A DNA stretch of 64,000 nucleotides, taken from assembly GCA_040377305.1 (NCBI GenBank), contig JBEIPA010000012.1, forward strand, positions 64,001 through 128,000. Direction: 5' to 3'. This stretch comes from Flavobacteriales bacterium. GTDB lineage: Bacteria > Bacteroidota > Bacteroidia > Palsa-965. Below are positions 46,343 through 54,800 of the stretch, piece by piece. Under the pieces are notes generated by a model. It ran no database searches. It was not told the DNA's origin and was given only the letters and a program-made list of their open reading frames with translations. The position numbers and the translations under genes were made by a program. Position 1 is the stretch's first letter. Each line of letters opens with the position of its first letter.

Positions 46343-46981
46343 TTATTGAGTTTGATACTGGCTGTAGTAGGTTTCGAATGCATCCATCATATCGCCCCAG
46401 GTGAAAATCTTTTGCGATTTATCGGGCACAGGATATGTTTTCGCAAAACCAGAGAGTGCATTCCATTCGGGACCCGTCATTCCCAATTTTCCGAAAGTGG
46501 CCTGCATGGTCTGAATCTTTGTTGCGTCGAAAGGAAGAGAACGAACGCTGTCCAAGGTCATTGTGCGTTCATGCAATTCTGCATAAGCAGGTGTTGACTT
46601 GAATTCATTCATGTGCAGGATGAAGTCGTTGTATGTAAGTCCTTGCGTTCCTTTCACACGCTCTTCACTCAACCAGCTTGCGAGCAGATTTGGAACGATA
46701 TACACAAAGTCAAAACTGTCTACACAGTACGCGAGTTCATCCAGATCATACGACAACTGCTCAAGTGCGCTATCCGCAGGAATTTTCTTTTTCAGGATGG
46801 AGCAATCGTGACGCACAATTACCGGAACACCGTCGGCACCCATGATGGTATCAATGAGAATAAACGGCGTATCTACGACCACAACGTTTGGGGCAGAATC
46901 CACGCGTTGAACATCTTTAGGCTGATCTTCGTTGCAGGAAAACGCGAAAACAAGGAATAAGAATACCGGCAGGTACTTCAT
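46343..46981 (-). CDS. Hypothetical lipoprotein
   Basis: FAFSC|NED lipobox; TATTTTTG -7 element at 46993-46986. Confidence 0.7.
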   Translation of the reverse strand: MKYLPVFLFLVFAFSCNEDQPKDVQRVDSAPNVVVVDTPFILIDTIMGADGVPVIVRHDCSILKKKIPADSALEQLSYDLDELAYCVDSFDFVYIVPNLLASWLSEERVKGTQGLTYNDFILHMNEFKSTPAYAELHERTMTLDSVRSLPFDATKIQTMQATFGKLGMTGPEWNALSGFAKTYPVPDKSQKIFTWGDMMDAFETYYSQYQTQ

Positions 46982-47153
46982 AGATCAAAAATAACGTATT
47001 AGTCCTGATTTTCGTGTATCGCGGCTGTTAATGAAAGTTGTTGTTGCTCTAAAGCCAGTAAAATCTACCACGAAGTTCACAAAGACACAAAGAAACAACT
47101 AACTAAACTTCGTGCCTTTGTGTCCTTAGTGGTGAAAATAAGAGCATAGTAGT

Positions 47154-49109
47154 TTAGCCAAGATATTTCTTCCACCAGCTTTGAAAGACGATCAAGCCCC
47201 AAATTCTCGCCGCGGAATCTCCCGGATCATTCGAGTGCAACTGTTTGCGGATATTCTTCACCTCAGCCGGATTGAACAGGTTTTGCTCTTTCAGGAATTT
47301 CTCATCGAGCAATTCGTCAATCATTCCGCGTAAATCGCCGCGAAACCACTTGAGGAGCGGAACTTCGAAGCCTTGTTTCTTGCGGGAGAAAATTTCCGGT
47401 GGCAACAAGTCACGACAAGCATCTTTGAGAATGCGCTTGCGTTCGTGCCGGTTGATTTTGTATTCCGAAGGAAGCGACATCACATATTCAACCAAATTAT
47501 GATCAAGGAACGGAGAACGAACCTCGAGGCTGTTAAGCATGGACATTCGATCGACTTTGACGAGCATGTCGCCTTCGAGGACGAGTTGGAAGTCGGCGCG
47601 GAGAACGTCATTGAAGTCTGAACTGTCATTCATTTCTGAACTCAGAAGAGCGGTTGTCATTTCACCATCGGAATTCAATAGTAATCTGGCGACCTCATTA
47701 ACCTTCGTGATACCTGCCCATCGCCAATAGCGTTCTTCGGCTTTCAAAGAGAATCCATTGGCAAACTTGCGCAGCTGTCGTATAGTATTTCCGGTTTTAC
47801 TGTTTCTTGAAGCCGGCATCACGTTCCATAGAAATTTGCCTGCACGTATAAGAGTTTCGCGACCACCCGGATTTCTTGCAAGATATTCAGCCGCATGCTT
47901 ATTGTAGCCCGCGAAAAGTTCATCTGCACCGTCACCTGAAAGTGCGACTGTTACATGCTTTCTGGTTTCGCGTGCCAGGATATTTACAGCAAGAGCTGAT
48001 GAATCTGCAAATGGCTCATCCAGATTTTTCAGGTAGGAATGCAGGGAATCGAGCAAATCATTGTTCGTCAAAGAGAATACATGATGCTTCGATCTAATAT
48101 GTTTCGCAACAAGTTCAGCATAATGGGTTTCATCGAAATATTTTTCATCCGCATATCCGATGGAAAATGTTTCGAGATTATCTTTCTGCTTTGCTGCGAA
48201 AGCCGATACAATGGATGAGTCAACTCCACCGCTTAGAAAGGAGCCGATAGGTACATCGGAAATAAGCCGACGCTCAACTGCCGTCTCTATTTTGGCGCGG
48301 ACCGCAGTTCGTGCAGCTTCATATTCTTTCGGTGTTGAACGCGTCTTGCAGCGATCCGGAATGTAATACCACGAAGGCTTTTGAAATTGTGTTGTGGAAT
48401 CTGCAGGATGATAGGTCATCTGCCAACCCGGGGAAAAAATTCTGATCGAATTGTTGAGTGTTGCAGGCCCGGGTAAATAGTTCAGATGCAAATAGGACTG
48501 CAATTCCTCTGCATTGAAGTGCACAGGAAATCCCATCGCATATAACGCTTTTGGTTCGGAGGCGAATGCGATAACATCCGGAAGTTGATTGAAAGACCCA
48601 TCTAACCTTTGGAGACGGTAATCTTCCTGTCTTTGAAACTTTCCCAATCCTGCGGCAGCGGTGTATAATGGTTTTTCGCCAAATCGGTCACGTGCAATGA
48701 ACAACGAACCGTCTATATTATCATACACCGCAAACGCAAAAAAACCATTCAGTTTATTCAAACACGCTTTACCTTCCTTCGCATACAACGTCAACAACAC
48801 CTCCGTATCACTCTCACTCCGGAACACAAATCCTTCTTTCTCCAACTCAGCGCGCAATTCTTTGTAATTGAAAATTTCTCCGTTGAACACAATCGTGTAT
48901 CGCCCATCACTGGATGTGAACGGTTGTGCAGCTGCATCAGAAGTGTCAATGATTGCGAGTCGTGTGTGACCGAGTGCTACGTTGCCGTGACGGAATACAC
49001 CACTTCCATCCGGGCCGCGGTGGTGCAAAGATTTCACCGCATCATCGATCTTATCGAGATACTTTCGACCCTCTTCTGTAAAAGCAAGTATGCCTGTTAT
49101 TCCACACAT
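47154..49109 (-). CDS. asnB: Glutamine-hydrolysing asparagine synthase family amidotransferase
   Basis: MCGI N-terminus; HRGPD; LGHTRLAIID; FNGEIFN; LSGGVDSS; SGDGADELFAGY; KVDRMSM. Confidence 0.93.
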   Translation of the reverse strand: MCGITGILAFTEEGRKYLDKIDDAVKSLHHRGPDGSGVFRHGNVALGHTRLAIIDTSDAAAQPFTSSDGRYTIVFNGEIFNYKELRAELEKEGFVFRSESDTEVLLTLYAKEGKACLNKLNGFFAFAVYDNIDGSLFIARDRFGEKPLYTAAAGLGKFQRQEDYRLQRLDGSFNQLPDVIAFASEPKALYAMGFPVHFNAEELQSYLHLNYLPGPATLNNSIRIFSPGWQMTYHPADSTTQFQKPSWYYIPDRCKTRSTPKEYEAARTAVRAKIETAVERRLISDVPIGSFLSGGVDSSIVSAFAAKQKDNLETFSIGYADEKYFDETHYAELVAKHIRSKHHVFSLTNNDLLDSLHSYLKNLDEPFADSSALAVNILARETRKHVTVALSGDGADELFAGYNKHAAEYLARNPGGRETLIRAGKFLWNVMPASRNSKTGNTIRQLRKFANGFSLKAEERYWRWAGITKVNEVARLLLNSDGEMTTALLSSEMNDSSDFNDVLRADFQLVLEGDMLVKVDRMSMLNSLEVRSPFLDHNLVEYVMSLPSEYKINRHERKRILKDACRDLLPPEIFSRKKQGFEVPLLKWFRGDLRGMIDELLDEKFLKEQNLFNPAEVKNIRKQLHSNDPGDSAARIWGLIVFQSWWKKYLG

Positions 49110-49274
49110 ATATTTAAACACATAGGATCATAGAAACATAGCTTGTTAGAAGGAGTTCCGGTGAGCCGGAACTATACATAGTACACATGAATATTTTCTC
49201 TTGTGAACTATGTACCGGACAGAAAACAAAGTACGTTGGTCCGACTTTTTAATTTTTCTATGATACTATGTGGT

Positions 49275-49649
49275 TCATTTTATAGCGATCATGGAAATTT
49301 CTACCAGAACATCCAACGGCAATCTCGAAACTTCAACCGTTTCTCTCGCAGGCGGATCACTTTTGAAACGTGCTCCGTAAATTCCGTTCACCGTTTGAAA
49401 ATCGTTGAAGTCTTTCAGGAAGATGGTTGTCTTCACCACATTCGTGAAATCCATTCCGGCCTCGTTGAGAATTCCTTGCAGGTTGTTCATCACATTCTCG
49501 GCCTGGCCTTCAATCGTTGTTGGAATATCTCCGGATTGAGGATGCTTTCCAACTTGTCCGGAAATGAAGAGCATGTTGCCGTGCATCACCGCGTGACTGT
49601 ATGGGCCGATGGGAGCGGGGGCGTTTTTAGAGGTAATTATTTTTTTCAT
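49275..49649 (-). CDS. ridA: RidA family reactive-intermediate deaminase
   Basis: APAPIGPYSHA, ISGQ, VVKTTIFL, PPARETV and VEISMIA motifs. Confidence 0.93.
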   Translation of the reverse strand: MKKIITSKNAPAPIGPYSHAVMHGNMLFISGQVGKHPQSGDIPTTIEGQAENVMNNLQGILNEAGMDFTNVVKTTIFLKDFNDFQTVNGIYGARFKSDPPARETVEVSRLPLDVLVEISMIAIK

Positions 49650-49675
49650 AGTTGTGTGCTTGATGCAAATATAGA

Positions 49676-49830
49676 ACATTCGACCCCTTCGGGGTCGGGG
49701 TGCCTCGCGTGTAATTTTTTCTATTCACATTAAACCCTTTCAGGGTTTCTTATCGAACGACGCTGAAGGCGTCGAATGTGAATAGAAAAAACGTGCGTGA
49801 CACGACCCCGACCCCTAAGGGGTCGAATGT
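49676..49830. repeat. REP/REPIN-like cluster of four GC-rich palindromes inside a 155-bp inverted repeat
   Basis: ACATTCGACCCCTTCGGGGTCG ... CGACCCCTAAGGGGTCGAATGT outer pair; TTCTATTCACATT / AATGTGAATAGAA inner pair. Confidence 0.8.
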
Positions 49831-50621
49831 CATTTCCGCCACAACGCCATCAAATCCATCGTAATCGCAACCGAGTAATGAATCATGATTCCTAAAATCA
49901 CCGAGCGACTCTTCAGACTTAAGGTGCCCAAAACAATTCCGGCAATGATTGCTCCTATTGTTTCCGGCATTGGTTTTCCGAAGTGAATCATGCAGTACGG
50001 AATCATCATCACGAAAATGCTCATGTACCCAAATGATTTTCGTGTGCCGAGTGTGATGAATCCACGGAAGAAAAATTCGAGTGATGCGAATTGTACGAAG
50101 TACATAATTTCCCAAATGATGAAGTTGGGCCACATCGATTCCCCGGGAACCATCTTGTAGAATGGATAACGCGACTGAAAGCTGGTTGTGCCGGAACAGA
50201 AATACACGAGCGGAATCATGACACCGAGCATGATGGCATACAACTGCCAACCTTGCATGGAATTTTTGAATGTTAATCCCATATCACTCAACTTCTGTTT
50301 GAAGAAGAAGCGTGTGATGATTGCCGGCACCACGAAATACACGAAGATGATCATGCCCGACCACCAGCACAGTGTATGGAGTCGTGCATCGGGACCGTTA
50401 TTCATGAAGTTGCCGAAAACGTTGGCAGCGTGCGTAAGATTCCAGCTCTTGAGAACTCCAAGTACGAAGGTGGTGCTTCCCCAATACTCGGTGATCGATA
50501 ATCCAAGTGCGGTCCACAAGAGAATGACCAACGTGCGCGTATGATCTTTCTTTGTAGGAGGATCAGCGAGCCACAATTCGTTTTCTTGTGTCCAGACTTT
50601 TTTGAGAATTGCTATCGGCAT
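49830..50621 (-). CDS. CPBP (Abi/CAAX) family intramembrane protease
   Basis: LEFFFRG, YCMIHFGKP and IMIH motifs; multi-TM. Confidence 0.85.
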   Translation of the reverse strand: MPIAILKKVWTQENELWLADPPTKKDHTRTLVILLWTALGLSITEYWGSTTFVLGVLKSWNLTHAANVFGNFMNNGPDARLHTLCWWSGMIIFVYFVVPAIITRFFFKQKLSDMGLTFKNSMQGWQLYAIMLGVMIPLVYFCSGTTSFQSRYPFYKMVPGESMWPNFIIWEIMYFVQFASLEFFFRGFITLGTRKSFGYMSIFVMMIPYCMIHFGKPMPETIGAIIAGIVLGTLSLKSRSVILGIMIHYSVAITMDLMALWRK

Positions 50622-50782
50622 GAGTGGTAATTTAAAAAACTCCCGACAAGATCCGTGTTCCTCTGTATTATCAGTTTTTTTCTGTGTTCCATTTTCAGTT
50701 GACTTGTAATGATAATGAAGCGAAACTCATTTTAACACGGATCAAAACGGATTTAACGGATGAACACTGATTTGCCTTCTTG

Positions 50783-51796
50783 TTATATTGGAAAACGAGC
50801 CATGGGAGCAACGTGCATATCTGCAAACACGCCTTTCTCAAACTGAAAATGTCCGGCCATTGCAATCATGGCAGCATTGTCTGTGCAATAAGCGAATGGT
50901 GGAATGCAAACCTGTACGTTCATTTCTTGTCCGAGTGAAAGAGCCGCTTTTCTCAATCCTGAATTTGCAGAAACTCCACCGGCGAGCGCTATGCATTTTA
51001 CTTTTTTATCAGCAACCACTTTCTTCAGTTTGCTGATCAGGTGGCGAATGATACTGGCCTGCACACTCGCACAAATGTTGTTCATGTTTTCTTCCACGAA
51101 TTTCGGATTCACCGCTGTTTGATCGCGAACGAAATACAATACAGATGTTTTTAATCCGCTGAAGCTGTACCCGTAATTCGGAATCTGTGCTTCGGGGAAC
51201 TTAAACGATGTTGCGTCACCCATCTGTGCATTGCGATCAACTAACGGTCCTCCCGGATAAGGCAATCCTAGAATCTTCGCTGTCTTATCGAATGCTTCTC
51301 CTGCGGCATCATCTTGTGTTTCTCCCAATACTTCGTATGTAAAAGGATCACTCACCAACACGAGTTGTGTATGTCCTCCCGAAACGGTTAAACACACAAA
51401 TGGAAATTCTGGTTTCGCTCTTGGTGTTTCATCCTCAATGAAGTGCGCAAGAATATGCGCTTGCATGTGATTAACTGCTATGAGCGGTTTATCCAACGCG
51501 TGTGCAAATCCTTTCGCGAATGATGAGCCCACGAGAAGTGAACCCATGAGTCCGGGACCTTGTGTGAATGCAATTCCATCAATGTCGTTAACACTTTTTC
51601 CGGATTTTTTTAACGCTTCATTTACCACGGGAATGATGTTCTCCTGGTGCGCACGCGAAGCTAATTCGGGAATTACCCCACCCCATTGCTTATGAATTTC
51701 CTGTCCGGCCACAATATTGGCAAGCAGTTTGCCGCTATCAATTACGGCTGCAGCGGTATCGTCGCACGAAGACTCAATGCCCAGAATAACAGCCAT
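50783..51796 (-). CDS. tsaD: tRNA N6-threonylcarbamoyltransferase
   Basis: LGIESSCDDT, HMQAH, VSGGHT, DDAAGEAFDK, SFSGLKT and CTDNAAMIA motifs. Confidence 0.98.
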   Translation of the reverse strand: MAVILGIESSCDDTAAAVIDSGKLLANIVAGQEIHKQWGGVIPELASRAHQENIIPVVNEALKKSGKSVNDIDGIAFTQGPGLMGSLLVGSSFAKGFAHALDKPLIAVNHMQAHILAHFIEDETPRAKPEFPFVCLTVSGGHTQLVLVSDPFTYEVLGETQDDAAGEAFDKTAKILGLPYPGGPLVDRNAQMGDATSFKFPEAQIPNYGYSFSGLKTSVLYFVRDQTAVNPKFVEENMNNICASVQASIIRHLISKLKKVVADKKVKCIALAGGVSANSGLRKAALSLGQEMNVQVCIPPFAYCTDNAAMIAMAGHFQFEKGVFADMHVAPMARFPI

Positions 51797-51817
51797 TTAT
51801 TGCGTATTTTTGTAGTA

Positions 51818-54800
51818 ATGTCGGCAATTAAGGAGAAGGTTCGCAAAATTACCAAAAAGCTGCTCAAGTTTCTGGGTTGGACGACGGGTATTCTTGTGGT
51901 TTTGTTGGTGATTGCGTATTTCGCCTTTCGGAGTCCGAAGGTGCAAACCTGGGTTGCTCAAAAGCTGAGTAATTACCTTGCCGATGAGCTTAAGACGAAG
52001 ATCACAGTTGGTGGGGTCGATATTAAGTTTTTTACCTCCATTGAATTAGAAGAACTCTACGTTGAAGATCAACACGGTGATACGTTGCTGCTGGCTCCGT
52101 CATTCACTGTTGATCTCAGTCTTTTCAATTTCAGTGATCAGCATGTAAGCATCGATGCTATTACACTTACTGATGCGAACATTGCGCTCAAGAAATACGA
52201 AGGTGATACCGGTTTGAATTACCGATTCATTATGATGTATTTTAAGAATACTGACACGACCAAGGTGGTTGATGAAGAAGCGGAATGGGAAGTGGCACTC
52301 GGAAAGATCGCTCTCGAGAATTGTACGTTCTCCTACATCGATACCCGTTTTAGTGATGTTGATCGTGGAATGGATTTTGAAAATATTCTGGTGACAGAAA
52401 TTTATACTACGTTGGAGCGCATTGAGCCAATGGGAGATTCTACATCGGTTTATTTATCGGAATTACGAGCGAAGGAACAATGTGGTTTGAACATTGAGCA
52501 CCTCGAATCGCGGGTAATGATTGCGGATACGTTTATCAAAATGAACGACCTTATAATTCAGACCCCCGGATCGGATATTAAAGGGTGGATGGGTTTTCAT
52601 TTCGAATCGTTTGATGATATCGAAGACGATTTCATTCACAAAGTGAAAATGGACGGCCATTTTTCAGAGTCTGTTGTGGAGATGGGCGATGTTGCATACT
52701 TCTCACCCGTGATGCTTGGGATACAGAAGAAAGTTTTGCTCACCGCGGATATTTCCGGGACAGTAGAGAAACTGAAGACGAAGAATGTCGATCTGCGTTT
52801 CGGTAAAAGTTCACGTCTTGCCGGAAATTTCTCGTTTGATGGATTGCCGGATATTGAAAGCACCGATATGCACTTCAAATTCAAGGACGCTACAACGAAT
52901 TTCGAAGACTTAAGTGGAATTCCTGTTGCGCCGTTTAATGATACTTCCTTCCTCGACGTTCCTGATCGCATCGCATTGCTTGGAAATATGTCGTTCACGG
53001 GCACTGTCGAAGGATTCATGCACGATTTTGTTGCACATGGAAAGCTGAAGACGGGCCAAGGGAATCTTGTACTCCAGAATCTTGTGATGAGTCAGGACAG
53101 CACTGCTGATGATTACACGTGGGAAGGAATTCTTTCTGCGGAGGAATTCAACATCGGTACTTATCTCGGAGTACCAGACATGGGCCGCATCACCGGAACT
53201 GCGAACATCATTGGATATGGAACCGATGTTCCTTCCATTGTTGCATCGATGAATGCCAACTTCTCGGCGTTTGAGTATTACGGTTATCGCTACTCGAACA
53301 TCGTGGTGACGGAAGGACAGTTGGCGAAGGAAGTCTTCGAAGGCGTGGTCGATATGGACGATCCGAATGTTGGATTGCATTACGATGGGTATGTCGACTT
53401 CAAAAATCAGAACGATCCAATTCTGGAATTCTATGCCAAGATTGATTCAGCGAATGTGGGTGCTCTCGGTTTTGCGGATACATCTCTGGGTTTGATTGTG
53501 TCCTCCGAAATGTACTTCGATATGCATGGTAGTAACATCGACAACCTCGATGGAACAATTACGCTGAACAACATTGACTTCACCAAACTTGGAAAGAATT
53601 ATCACTTGACAACCATGGTGTTGTCGTCGACTTTCACTGGTCAATCATCGCGCGTTCTTGCATTCTCTTCCGACTTCGTAAATGCGAGAATGGAAGGACA
53701 GTTTGAAGTGATGGAAGTGGGGCACGCATTTACCGATGTGATGTCAGCATATCTGCCGGCCTATTTCCCTCCACATGCTGTTGATCCGAAGAAGAAAGAA
53801 ACGCTCCAGAAATTTACATTAACGGCGAACTTTCTCCGGAACACAGATGCAATTAAGGCATTCGTCCCTGAACTCATGATTGCTCCCGGCACCTTCCTGC
53901 AAATGGGACTTGATCAGTCGACGCGCTCATTAAACCTAAACGTTTTCAAGTGCGATAGTTTGTTCTATGGTGCTTATGAAATCTACAATTTTCAGCAGGC
54001 TCGTGTGGATGGAACGCACGGCGCAGCAGATTTGAAAATTAATTTGGAAAGAGTGCAGGTAAACGATTCCACCGGATTCGATAATATTTCTCTTCACTCA
54101 CAAGCCAGCAGTAATACACTTACTACTGATTTGTTCTGGCAGAATGAAACGGAGAAAGCAAATATGGGCAAGCTACGAACGGTTGCCACTTTCGAAACGC
54201 AGAAAAGTTTGAGTGTTAAGATTGAAGAAGGTACTTTCTCTTTCAACGATACAACGTGGAATGCTGATCCGAATGGAATAATCAGAAAAGATTCGTCGTC
54301 GTGGACGTTTAAGAATGTCAATTTTCAGAGTGGGGCGCAGTACATCATGGTGAATGGTCGCGTATCTGAAAATCCTAAGGATTTGCTTACCGTTCATTTC
54401 AACGATTTTGATCTTGATGGCCTGAACTTCTTTCTAAGTGCGAGTGGTGTCACGATTGGAGGAAACATATCTGGTGACGTTAACTTATCGAACTTATATC
54501 ATGCGCCGAAATTTGATGGAGATGTAGAATTGAAGAAAATAAAGCTGAATAACGAGAAACTTGGAAATGGTACAGCAAAAGCAATTTATCATCCCGAAGT
54601 TCAGGGAATAGAAATTGACTTGATATTATCGAATGGCGCTCAGGATTTAGAAACCGGCGGAGTGATTAATAACATTGCGATGACCGGTTACTATTATCCG
54701 CAGAGAAAGGAAGAGAGTCTGGATCTGGTGGTAAAACTTCGGCAAATGCCGTTAGGTTTGATCAAGCCTGTCCTTGCTGATTATTGTTCTATGGTAGTTG

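Noticed and set aside
47154-49109. asnB as a lasso-peptide cyclase
   Set aside because: It has an intact N-terminal Cys glutaminase domain, and there is no precursor, B1/B2 peptidase or RRE gene nearby.
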